Shown piece by piece: positions 1 to 9,200 of a stretch of 18,276 nt of DNA. Each line of letters starts with the position of its first letter. Position 1 is the first letter of the stretch. This DNA comes from Planctomycetota bacterium (lineage in GTDB: Bacteria > Planctomycetota > SZUA-567 > H5-PLA8). The notes beneath the pieces are model-generated. The model did not search any database. It was not told where the DNA came from and saw only the letters and a list, made by a program, of their open reading frames with translations. The translations under genes were made by a program, and so were the position numbers. Where the stretch lies: contig BTVV01000122.1 of NCBI GenBank assembly GCA_045863855.1, positions 1 to 18,276 on the forward strand, written 5' to 3'.

Positions 1-1
1 A

Positions 2-775
2 CAAAAGAGCCTCTCCCTAACGCTGGGGGTGGTACATAAACTGGGGGCAGGTCAGTTGAATTTGGACAATGACGACGCCCCGCCGTTTATCGATAGCTTG
101 CCATACGCGTTTCCCAACCCGGCAGGCGTCGGACAGCCCGTAACCTTCTTCCTGGCCGCCGCCGATCCGGAAGGCGTGGAACTCACGATCACTTGGGATT
201 ATGGCGATGGCAGCTCGGACAAGGCAGGTCAGCATACCTACGCGACGCCGAATACCTACCATGTAGTGGCTACCATCTCGGATGGTACGCATTCGATTAC
301 CGCCGAGTTGGACGTGGTGGTGCAAAGTCAGTCGGAAGAGCTATATGTTCGCCGGTTGTCCGGTAACGCTCGATTTGGATCCGCGGATCGCGATTCGGTC
401 TTGGTGTCAGCCTATCTGCGCGGGATTCCAGAGAGCCTGGATCTGAACGGCCTGACCCTGACCGCGGCCGTCGGCGGAGCCCAGTTCTCGGTGGTGCTGG
501 ACGCAAAGGGCTTTGGCCGGGTGGGGCGAAGCAGGGCGTCGGTTCGGCGACTTCGGGGTACCGACATGACCCTGGTTACCGTAACGATGAATGGCGCCTT
601 ACGCGATGCCTGGGTGGATGAAGGGGTGGTTCCTGGGACTCCGCCGCCATTCACCTTCACGACCATGCAAGTAACGATGACTTTGGACGGTTATTCTTAT
701 TCGGGCAGCCCGCGAGTACTGCTGCGGGGCAATCGCTCCGGGCTGATCGGAACTTTCAAATACTCCCGAAACTGA
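2..775 (+). CDS. PKD (Ig-like) domain-containing protein, C-terminal part (5'-truncated by the window edge)
   Basis: The frame is open from base 2 (QKSLSLTLGVVHK...), so the GTG at 29 is probably internal. PKD signature: PVTFFLAAADPEG-ELTITWDYGDGS...HTYATPNTYHVVATISDG. A further ~150-aa beta-rich domain follows; stop TGA at 773-775. Confidence 0.85.
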   Translation, partial: QKSLSLTLGVVHKLGAGQLNLDNDDAPPFIDSLPYAFPNPAGVGQPVTFFLAAADPEGVELTITWDYGDGSSDKAGQHTYATPNTYHVVATISDGTHSITAELDVVVQSQSEELYVRRLSGNARFGSADRDSVLVSAYLRGIPESLDLNGLTLTAAVGGAQFSVVLDAKGFGRVGRSRASVRRLRGTDMTLVTVTMNGALRDAWVDEGVVPGTPPPFTFTTMQVTMTLDGYSYSGSPRVLLRGNRSGLIGTFKYSRN

Positions 776-789
776 ATGCGCTATGAAGT

Positions 790-829
790 CCAGGGGGCAT
801 CCTCAAAGCACAATGAGGATGCCCCCTGG
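790..829 (+). terminator. Perfect 16-bp inverted repeat, probable terminator or mRNA 3' hairpin
   Basis: CCAGGGGGCATCCTCA (790-805), 8-nt loop, TGAGGATGCCCCCTGG (814-829), starting about 15 nt after the PKD stop. The U-tract is weak (TTGCTTC). Confidence 0.7.
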
Positions 830-970
830 TTGCTTCACGGTTTTAGGATTTAGTCGGACCGCAAGCTCTATGATCTAAATGCCTTCTACAAATCCATTGT
901 CGATCCCCTGCAGTAAATCAGACCGACCGAAACTACGCCCCAATGGTTCGCGGGTCGAGCGTTGCAGCGT

Positions 971-1007
971 TGCCGAATTTTCGGCATGGAATGAGGAAAC
1001 TTCGGCA
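971..1007. promoter_or_regulatory. Tandem palindromic transcription-factor sites, putative enhancer (UAS) for a sigma54 activator
   Basis: Perfect TGCCGAA-N2-TTCGGCA (971-986) and degenerate TGAGGAA-N2-TTCGGCA (992-1007), 21 bp apart and roughly 85-120 bp upstream of a -24/-12 motif. Confidence 0.6.
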
Positions 1008-1089
1008 TTTCGTGTGAATCCAGCAAGTCTCATGCATGCATTTAGGCGCTCTTTCCTCAGCGGCCACGTTGCATCCGATAAGTGGTCGC

Positions 1090-1106
1090 TTGGTACTCCA
1101 GTTGCG
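1090..1106 (+). promoter_or_regulatory. Putative sigma54 (RpoN) -24/-12 promoter
   Basis: T-TGGTAC-TCCAG-TTGC-G matches TGGCAC-N5-TTGC with one mismatch and has exact GG-N10-GC spacing. It points towards the CBS gene. Confidence 0.6.
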
Positions 1107-1300
1107 GTTGCCTTCATCGCAATCCGGGCCGAGCAGTTTGGAGAACGAGTGAGATGGGGTGCTGTGGGGCGTTTGAGCGAGTGGGGCGGATGTGCAGTAC
1201 CTGTCCACTCCTATGGCAAGCACGTAACGTCGCAAAGGTCTCTGGTGTAGCCAAGCCGTACACAAGGATCCTTCACTTACGGGAAGAAAGGAGCACGGAA

Positions 1301-1756
1301 ATGAGATTGCAGGAGATCATGCGGACCGAGGTTGAGAAAATTGAAGCTGAGCGGCCCCTGGAAGAAGCTTGGTCGATCTTCGCGCGCCGAAGAATTCATC
1401 ATCTCGTAGTCACACGCAATGGATCCGTCGAAGGAATTCTCTCTGAACGCGACTGCGGAGGACGCCGCGCTGAGATGCTCGATAAGGGCAAGCGAGTGGC
1501 CGATGTTATGACGAGGCGGGTCGTGACGGCGACGCCCGATACGACGATTCGCAAAGCCGCGAACTTGCTGCGTGGACACGCAGTGGGCTGTCTGCCCATC
1601 GTGGAGAAAGGCAGACTGAAAGGAATCGTCACCTTCACCGATCTGCTGGAATTGCTCGGACGTGGAACCATCGTCCCGCCGCGCTCCTCCGAAAAACAGG
1701 GCGTGCGCTATCTCCATGCGAGGAAGAAGCCCCTACCTCGGAACCGATCCGCCTAA
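1301..1756 (+). CDS. CBS domain pair protein (151 aa; possible alternative in-frame start at 1154)
   Basis: SD AAAGGAG precedes ATG 1301. Two CBS repeats: LQEIMRTEV...IHHLVV...GILSERD and VADVMTRRVVTATPDTTIRKAANLL...GCLPIVE.GRLKGIVTFTDLL. Confidence 0.9.
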   Translation: MRLQEIMRTEVEKIEAERPLEEAWSIFARRRIHHLVVTRNGSVEGILSERDCGGRRAEMLDKGKRVADVMTRRVVTATPDTTIRKAANLLRGHAVGCLPIVEKGRLKGIVTFTDLLELLGRGTIVPPRSSEKQGVRYLHARKKPLPRNRSA

Positions 1757-1796
1757 GCGTCAGATCCGGACCCGCGATTGGGAGAGTGCAACTATC

Positions 1797-3065
1797 ATGG
1801 TACGCACCCCGGCAACGATGGTCGAACGAGCGGTACCGATGGGTTTCCACGCAGTTGCGTATCGCTCAGGGCGCGTGGGGTCTGCCCTGCTTATTAGTCT
1901 CTTGTTGGCCTTGGGAGGCCCAGCGATTGGCCAAGACGGTGATCTGAATCCCGATGCCGACGCTCCAAGCGTTCAAAAGTTCGATTCCGAAGAACTTCGC
2001 AGCCTGCTGGCGCCCCTCGCGTTGTATCCAGACGCTTTGCTGGCCCAAATCTTTCCCGCCAGCACCCATCCGCTGCATATTGTAATGGCCCAGCGGTTCC
2101 TCGACGCTGGCGGCGATTCAGCACACCCGCCCGCAAACGCCCATTGGGATGGCAGCGTAGTGGCCTTGCTTTCGTTTCCCACGGTACTGAAGCGCATGTC
2201 CGACGATCTTGAATGGACCGAAAGACTGGGCTTCGCCGTGACGTACCAGATGGAGGAGGTAACCGACACCCTCCAGCAGATCCGCGCAGAAGCGCATGCT
2301 GCGGGAATCCTGCCATCCAACGATAAGCAAACCGTTATCGTGGAGCATGAGGTCATTCGCATTGTTCCGGCCGAGCCCGAGGTTATCTACGTTCCGGTAT
2401 ACGACCCTGCAGTAATTTTCATTCGGCATGACCGTTGGGAACCATTCATCATATTCAGCCTAGGCATTCGCTGTGGTTTCTGGTTCTTCAACGATTTCGA
2501 TTGGCGGCATCGCCGCATCTATGTGCACCATTTCTGGCATGCTGGGCGCTGGGTGCGCCCCAGCTACCCCTACTGTTGGCGGCCCCCCGTGCGTCCGATT
2601 AACAGGTGGCAACTGCGTGATCGAAGGTGGATTCCCTCGCCACCTGTACGTCCGGCAATACCGGCGCCGACGCGTCCCATAGCGCCCCTGAGGCCGAGCG
2701 TACCGGCTGCGCCTGTGAACCCTCCTCGCCTGCCGCATCCTGCCACGCCCACTCGTCCAACGCCGCCTTCCCGTCCGGCTGTAACGATACAACCCGCGCC
2801 GCCAAGTCGGCCGCTTGGGACTCGGCCACCTGTAAGACCGCCTCTACGCCCGACCGAAGGATGGGGAACAACCCGGCAGCAGACGACGCGGGAGTCGAAT
2901 CGCGGTGCAAACAGCCGGACGGGTGAAATCCGACCGGTTCCGGCGCCGCGAACTATTCATCCCGCGCCATCGCCTTACCAGTTCAGGCCGCAAGACAGGC
3001 GCGGCACTCAGCGTGAATCGCAGCGCGGCTCGTCCAGCCGTGGCGGCACTAGACGCGGTCGGTGA
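1797..3065 (+). CDS. DUF3300 family exported protein with Pro/Arg-rich low-complexity tail (start uncertain: 1797, 1818 or 1839)
   Basis: Family motifs LLAPLALYPDALLAQIFPASTHP, WDGSVVALLSFPTVL, WTERLG and IRIVPAEPEVIYVPVYDP. Hydrophobic signal-like segment SALLISLLLALGGPAIG. Lies directly upstream of DUF2950, the usual pairing. Confidence 0.9.
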   Translation: MVRTPATMVERAVPMGFHAVAYRSGRVGSALLISLLLALGGPAIGQDGDLNPDADAPSVQKFDSEELRSLLAPLALYPDALLAQIFPASTHPLHIVMAQRFLDAGGDSAHPPANAHWDGSVVALLSFPTVLKRMSDDLEWTERLGFAVTYQMEEVTDTLQQIRAEAHAAGILPSNDKQTVIVEHEVIRIVPAEPEVIYVPVYDPAVIFIRHDRWEPFIIFSLGIRCGFWFFNDFDWRHRRIYVHHFWHAGRWVRPSYPYCWRPPVRPINRWQLRDRRWIPSPPVRPAIPAPTRPIAPLRPSVPAAPVNPPRLPHPATPTRPTPPSRPAVTIQPAPPSRPLGTRPPVRPPLRPTEGWGTTRQQTTRESNRGANSRTGEIRPVPAPRTIHPAPSPYQFRPQDRRGTQRESQRGSSSRGGTRRGR

Positions 3066-3105
3066 CGCCGTATTTTGATCGGCACAAGATTAAAGGAGAT
3101 TGAGA

Positions 3106-4074
3106 GTGACCCCCATACACCACTCCGCATGCTGTGCATGGCTTTCGACCTGCGCCTTGGTATTCGTACTTAGCTTGGCGACTGCCATAGGTAGCCGGGC
3201 AGGCGAAGTCTCGAGCGACGTATTGCGACAGCGGGTCTTCGATACTCCGGCGGCTTGTTGCAAAGCGCTCCTCGATGGATTCCAGAGCAACAACGACGAA
3301 GTTCTGCTGGACGTGTTGGGGCACGAGCACCGTGACCTGGTCGTGCAGTCCGACAAGGAGGCGGCGAAGACCATTCGGAAAAAGATCTACGATCTGGCGC
3401 AGGAATCCTTGAAGTTCGAGACCACAGGCGACAGGAGCATTGCGATTCTTGGGCTCAAGGCGTGGCCATTTCCCATTCCTATGCTCAGGCAGCAAGGGAA
3501 CTGGGCTTTCGACACTGCGGCCGGCAAGGAAGAAATTCTCAATCGTCGCATTGGCCGCAACGAACTTCGAGCCATCGACTTCATGCGCGCCTATCCGGAG
3601 GCCCAACTGAGATACGCCGCCGTGGATCGTGACGGCGACAAGGTGTTGAAGTACGCCAAGCGGCTGATCAGTTCGAATGGCGCGCAAGACGGTCTTTATT
3701 GGCCTACGGTAGCCGGCGTGCAGGCCGAGCCAAGCCCCCTGGCGCCGATGATCGTGGATGATGGCGCGTTCTTGGATGGCGACGGCACCAACATTCCCTA
3801 CCACGGCTACTATTTCAAGGTGCTGACCCGTCAGGGATCGCACCCACCCAATGGCAAGTACGACTATGTGATTAACGGAAACATGATCGCGGGCTTCGCG
3901 CTCGTGGGCTGGCCCGCGGACTACGGCACCTCAGGCATCATGACTTTTGTGGTAAGTCATCATGGGCTCGTCTACCAGAAAGACTTAGGGCGCGAAACGG
4001 AAAAGGTCGCACGCAAAATGGATCGCTATGACCCGGACGCGAACTGGGCGGAGGTTGAGTCCGAGAGGGAGTGA
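3106..4074 (+). CDS. DUF2950 family exported protein
   Basis: SD AAAGGAG (3092-3098) lies 7 nt before GTG 3106. Motifs WPFPIP, FDTAAGKEEILNRRIGRNEL, DGLYWP, PYHGYYFKVL, GFALVGWPADYGTSGIMTFVV and VYQKDLG. N-terminal hydrophobic segment. Confidence 0.92.
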   Translation: MTPIHHSACCAWLSTCALVFVLSLATAIGSRAGEVSSDVLRQRVFDTPAACCKALLDGFQSNNDEVLLDVLGHEHRDLVVQSDKEAAKTIRKKIYDLAQESLKFETTGDRSIAILGLKAWPFPIPMLRQQGNWAFDTAAGKEEILNRRIGRNELRAIDFMRAYPEAQLRYAAVDRDGDKVLKYAKRLISSNGAQDGLYWPTVAGVQAEPSPLAPMIVDDGAFLDGDGTNIPYHGYYFKVLTRQGSHPPNGKYDYVINGNMIAGFALVGWPADYGTSGIMTFVVSHHGLVYQKDLGRETEKVARKMDRYDPDANWAEVESERE

Positions 4075-4122
4075 TCGGCAAGCGCCCAGATGGGTTCTGT
4101 GGTCTAAGAAAGGGATTGCGCC

Positions 4123-4311
4123 ACGATTCAGATTATGCGCATCCTCGTGTATACGAACTTTTTCAAAGCCGCTGCAAAGGCCTTGCCGTACGCAACCAGC
4201 CTGGCACTGGAGTACAAGGCTGAATTACACGTGATTCACGTGAATGGTTCAAGGGCTTATCGCCTCATCCACTGCAGACCATACGAAGGCGGAAGCCGCA
4301 AAGCGCTTTGA
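4123..4311 (+). pseudogene. Truncated universal stress protein (UspA family) gene; not in the ORF track
   Basis: Reads (T)IQIMRILVYTNFFKAAAKALPYATSLALEYKAELHVIHV, matching the Usp N-terminus (RILVPTDFS..A..AL..A..LA....AEL.LLHV). Similarity is then lost, with TGA at 4309-4311. An in-frame ACG (4123) behind SD-like GAAAGGGA looks like a mutated ATG. Confidence 0.75.
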
Positions 4312-4978
4312 ACAGTACGGGCTGGCGAGCACGAGCCACACTTCTGCCGCATGTTCTGTACGCGGATCACCCTAGGGTTCACGCGCAGCTTCACTACCCT
4401 AGCCAAGGCCCGGCGTCGAAGTTTCTGCGTGGGGTAGAGGGAGATCTTCATCAACGGCTACTTGGCAAGGAGCGTGGCGACGGCCTCGTCGACGACGCGC
4501 GAGCGCTCGTCCTTCTGGAGTGCGAGCAAGGGGCGGTAGGCATGGTCTTTTCCTCCTTGCGGGTTAAGAAAGCACAGTGAGTGTTCATCACTATGGCAAT
4601 GGCGCAATGGTCAACTCAATGCAATCCTTGAACTGCCTTAGAAGCCAGTCCAGAGACAAACACCCGTGCCAAAGGTCCATTGTGCATCATGGCACTCATT
4701 GGTACATCTGGTCCACTAGTTCCAAGCCAAAGTCTGTGAAGTGATTGAGGTTGCTTGTATAAGTTGTGGTGGGACAACCCGTCACAAGATCGGGTTTTCG
4801 AAACCCAGTCTCTCAGCCATAAGAACCGCATCTTAGGAGGCTCTATTATGGCTGTTTAGCATCTCTACTTGCGATACTGTCAACCTAACCTTAACAGGCG
4901 GTTGAATCCTGTCGCCCCGACCACTCTCCAAGAACGTCAGAGCGCCAGACACCGCGCCGTCTACACCCAGCACTCCGC

Positions 4979-6109
4979 TTACTTGCCCTGAAAGGAGAGC
5001 AGCTTCGTACGCGCCGGCGTATGCCATTCGGCGTTAAACAGGCCCGGAGCATCGGGGGTAGGCAGCTTTTCTTGACTCATGTCGCGCGAAATAGCCGCGG
5101 CCATGGCGCGATGATCGTATGCGACCAGTTGCGTGGGACTTCGCACTCCTTTAAGCGCCTGAGGCATCTCGCTTCGAAAAATCATGCAGGGTGCCGAACG
5201 CATCACACTCGCAAGCCGTTCTGGTTGCCGACGGCAGAGTTGCATGTACCAGTAGTCCCGTTCGAAAACGAGGCCCTCGTCCGGTCGTACGGCCAGCGCC
5301 TCGAGGTACGTTTCAGGCTTAACCCGGCCCCCAGGTGCGTATCGCACGCCGAATCCTTGTGCGCGGAGCAGGATTTCCAGTTCGTCCGGCTGGTTTGGAA
5401 TTTGTACGGAACTTGGGCATGGCACCAACGCCGACGAGAGACCCGCTTCCCGCCACTCGCGTAGCGCCTGCAACAAGGCGGCCGTTCGATCCAGGCGGTA
5501 CGTGGCGGGAAAAGGCGACGCCAAGGCGTCGATCGTCACGACCCGCAGGCCGGCATCTGAAATCATGCTGACCGTGTTGCGATCGGCTTCCGCGGGGCAG
5601 AACCAGATCAAGAAATCCAGACTACGCCTTAAAATACCGCGCAGGAACGAACGCCTAATCTCCTGCCCTTGGGAGTAAAAGATAAAATTCGCCACGAAGG
5701 ACTGGTGCCGGAGATCCTCTTCAAGGGTCGTGAAAAAGGTACGCCATTCGGAGTACAGCAAAAAACCCGGCAGCCAGATCGGAATGCCGACAATGCCGCG
5801 AACGGTCGAACGTGCCTGGGAGCGTCGCGAAGGGATTTCCGTGGAACTGCTGCGAATCGTGACCAACCGCCCTTCCCCGCGCAAACGCTCGTACGCTCGA
5901 GCGACCGAGCGAAGCGGCACGCGGAAAAACGCAGCCACGTCGCGTAATGCGTAAAAGGTACGCGGGCGAGTGCGCCGCAGTCGTCCCACCGCTGCGCGCA
6001 GGTGCTCCTCGAGCAGCGCCTGCCGGTTGGCTTCCGGTGGAAAGCCAGTGAAATCGGTGCAAGCCTGCGCAAGCGGAGGCAGGTCGCGGGAAACTCGTCG
6101 GCGCGCCAT
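4979..6109 (-). CDS. Transcriptional regulator: GntR-type winged HTH plus probable LacI/periplasmic-binding-protein-like effector domain
   Basis: FYALRDVAAFFRVPLRSVARAYERLRGEGRLVTIRSSST fits the GntR wHTH. It is followed by GIVGIPI...FFTTLEEDLRHQSF, resembling the start of a LacI-type sugar-binding fold. Divergent from the giant-protein operon. Confidence 0.75.
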   Translation of the reverse strand: MARRRVSRDLPPLAQACTDFTGFPPEANRQALLEEHLRAAVGRLRRTRPRTFYALRDVAAFFRVPLRSVARAYERLRGEGRLVTIRSSSTEIPSRRSQARSTVRGIVGIPIWLPGFLLYSEWRTFFTTLEEDLRHQSFVANFIFYSQGQEIRRSFLRGILRRSLDFLIWFCPAEADRNTVSMISDAGLRVVTIDALASPFPATYRLDRTAALLQALREWREAGLSSALVPCPSSVQIPNQPDELEILLRAQGFGVRYAPGGRVKPETYLEALAVRPDEGLVFERDYWYMQLCRRQPERLASVMRSAPCMIFRSEMPQALKGVRSPTQLVAYDHRAMAAAISRDMSQEKLPTPDAPGLFNAEWHTPARTKLLSFQGK

Positions 6110-6115
6110 GCAACC

Positions 6116-6144
6116 ATTATGTATACATTGTGTTTCTGCCGCAA
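6116..6144 (-). promoter_or_regulatory. Sigma70-type promoter for the regulator, with an overlapping palindromic operator
   Basis: The minus strand reads TTGCGG (6144-6139) - N17 - CATAAT (6121-6116) - 6 nt - ATG (6109). The perfect palindrome ATGTATACAT (6119-6128) overlaps the -10 element and spacer. Confidence 0.65.
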
Positions 6145-6215
6145 GGGTTCGCCGTCCGGACTATACAGTGGAACGCCGCGAGTCGGCAGGCGCGGTCATC
6201 CTGAAGGAGTCCTCC

Positions 6216-9200
6216 ATGCGTACTACAGTTCTGTGCTTCATTCTGCTACTTCTTACCCTGCCTACACTTGCGGCCGATAAACCCAAACCGGAAGGTGGCA
6301 AGAAAGCCAAGGAACGCCGCGCTCAGGAAGCCGAACCGGTGCCCCCGCCCGGCCCCCAAATTCTGCTCCCGCTGGGCCGAAGCGCGTACCAGACCAACGA
6401 ACGAGTCGATCTGGCGTACCTCCGCTACGGTACGGAAGCACTTCCCGCCGGTACGCTGGAACTCCAACTGTCCGGCCCTGCGGGCAGTGCGTTCGAGACA
6501 TCCTTCCCAGTGGAAGCCGTACCGGCCGCAACCGGTGCGGCTCAGCGGACCGAACACTTCCGACTCGACGCACGCTTGCTGCGTCCCGGCGCGTACGTAG
6601 CTACGATCCGTTGCGACGGCGCAACCCAACAGCTCGCCTTCGATATCCACTCGCACATCCGCAAGACCAGCTTTCGTATCATCGATTGGGGCGGCAGCGG
6701 CAACGGAGCCGATCAGGTGCGCTGTGGCGAAGAAGGCACCGGCATCAACTTAATGCTCGCTTCGGCGGCGGGGCACGACCAGAGCGCGAACATCCGTGGC
6801 GGTATGGATTACATGCGCAACTGTACGATGGGCGGCGGGCACCAGATGGATCTGAACCGGAACAACGACTGGTCGGACCCCTACGTGCTGACCGGCGGAA
6901 TGGCTCGCGTGGCGCGCCAAGCGCTACGAGACCGGACTAGCGGGAATACCATCGGCGTACACTTCTACGACGAACCAGGGCTGACCTGGCTAAAGCATCA
7001 CCGCACCGGGATCGACAGCCCCAACAACATCCCTTCCCAGGATTGGGCCTATAAAGCCACCTTGGGCGAAGAGCCCGTTCAATACGACACGATCGATCCC
7101 TTAAAGCCTGCCGACGTCGACGCTTGGGAACGCGTGCTGCGCCAGAAACAGGTCTACCTCGAAGCCGGGTGGCGCATGGGACGCTTCGCCGTCGAATGGG
7201 TCGATCCGCGGCTGCTCTCGGCGACCCAGAGTATGTACGGGTGGCTGGCGTACGGCGACGGCTACTACTTCAACGTCACGCGCTCGCTTCCGATCAATAG
7301 CGGACACGGCGGGTACGACGATCTGGCTGGTGGATTCCTCGCCCCGGGATTTTTCTATGAATTCGGACGCATGCGCGATTACGCAAAGCCGGCATGGTAC
7401 CTCCCGCATTGGTGGGACCAGACGGCCTCCCCGCTCTTCCGCCTCGAACAGTACCTCACGTTCATGACCGGCGTACAGGGCATTGCCATCCCGCCGGGTA
7501 CGCGCACCGAATCGCCCGGTACAGGCAATCAGGACGACGGCATGTTGGAATCCAACCGGCTGATGGCGCGGCTGGGCACGATCTTCCATGCGATGCCGCT
7601 CACACGTCCGCACGTAGCGATCCTATATTCCATGTCGCAGAACGCGCTGGCCAGCGTACGCAGTGAAAATCTCATGCTCACCCAGGACTTCCCTGGGCAG
7701 GTCGAGCGTCTGCTGATGATGTACGTCGCCGGCAAGATGGCACACCAGCCGCTCTTTCCCATCGTGGAAGAGGATGTCCTGGATGGGACCCTGGCCGCGA
7801 ATCATCGCGCCGTGATATTGACAGGCATCGAACGACTGGATTCCAAAGTGGTCACGGCATTGACCGCCTATGCCGTGGCTGGCGGGCACGTCTGGCTCAC
7901 CGACGATTGCAAGATTGACGTTCCCGGATCTCGTCGCCTAGGTGCCGAGACGCACACCAAGATTTACGAAGAAGCCCAACGCATAGTCCGCGACGAGACG
8001 ATTAATCCGCTCTTGCGCCGCAACTTGGGCTGCGCCGCGCGCAGCGCCCAAGCGTACTACCGTGCGTGCGGGCCGCTGGCCGAGGCGCTGAAGCAACGCT
8101 GCGTCGAAGCCGGCATCGCACCGGTGCTCGAGTGCGATCATCCGCATGTCTTCGCCACTCGCCACGCACAGGGCGACGTCGAATATTTCTTCCTGGCCAA
8201 CGCCAATTCCGACAACGACGAAGTAAAGGAAGGCCGTTTCAACGCAACGCGTCCGGCGCGCGCGAAAGTGGCGCTGCCTCATGCGCAAGGCGCGCTGTAC
8301 GACGCGGTTCGCGGTGGGCCGGCTTCCGAGTTTACGCCGAACGATGGTAAACTCACGGCCGATCTCCGCTTCGGCACCGGACAGATGCGGGTCTTCGCGC
8401 GAACCGCCCGGCCGATTGGCGCCGTCCAGGTTTTTACGCCGCTGGTACGAGCCGGTAACTACGCCTTCGACCACGTCCCGCCAGTGGCTCTGGAACTGCA
8501 AGCCGTCGTCCTCGACGACCGCGGTCAGGTTTTAAATGGCGCGATTCCGCTCTCCGTGCGCGTAACCGACCCGCTTGGCGATGTGCGTTTCGACCTGTTC
8601 CGCTCTACCGAGCAAGGGGTCCTTCGCATCCAGCTTCCCTTAGGCGTTAACGACGCGTCCGGCACTTGGCGGGTGGCGATCAAAGAGTTGCTAAATCAGA
8701 AGGAAGGCGAGCAGACCTTCGTCACCCAGTCGCCGGCGCAGTGCGGTGCGCTGCTGGGCGCCACCCGCCGAGCGGTTTACCTCCCGGCCGACGAGGCCAA
8801 CATGTTCCGCTTTTTCCGATTGCATAGGAGCGTGGCGCTGGTCGTGGGCAATGCCGAATACCATAAAACGCAAGCCGAGCGGCTCGCGGGAACACTGGCG
8901 CGCTGGAACATCGCCTGCACGGTAGTCCCGGCTGCTTCGCTGAAGAAGAAGGAACGAAATGCGGAGATGAAGAAAACATGGCCGGGCGCGCCAGGGCATC
9001 CGGATCTCGACATGCCTGGCGAAGCCGCGATTCTCTTCGGAGCGCCGGAAGACGATACGCTGATCGCGGCGATGTGCCCCACCGCCAAAGCGCCCAAAAA
9101 CTTGGCGCCCTACACTCCCTTGCGGGACTGTTACCCCGGCCGAGGTCGCGGGATGCTAGCGTGGCAGGTCGAGGCCCTAGCCTATTCCAAATACGAAAGT

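Noticed and set aside
879..1265. ORFs 879-1250 (+), 875-1117 (-) and 933-1265 (-)
   Set aside because: No recognisable motifs or SD; the region is better explained as enhancer plus sigma54 promoter.
1662..1796. N-terminal extension of the DUF3300 ORF
   Set aside because: Overlaps the CBS gene and would bury the signal-like segment.
4764..4810. Possible c-di-GMP-I riboswitch (GGGAC plus tandem hairpins)
   Set aside because: Lacks the GCAAA...GNRA...GGGACGCAAAGC consensus arrangement.
4308..4831. ORFs 4308-4580 (+) and 4616-4831 (-) as genes or as the usp C-terminus
   Set aside because: No Usp C-terminal motif, no convincing SD, and no recognisable family.
5970..6215. N-terminal extension of the 1544-aa ORF
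   Set aside because: Overlaps the regulator gene and its promoter; ATG 6216 has an SD and starts a clean signal peptide.
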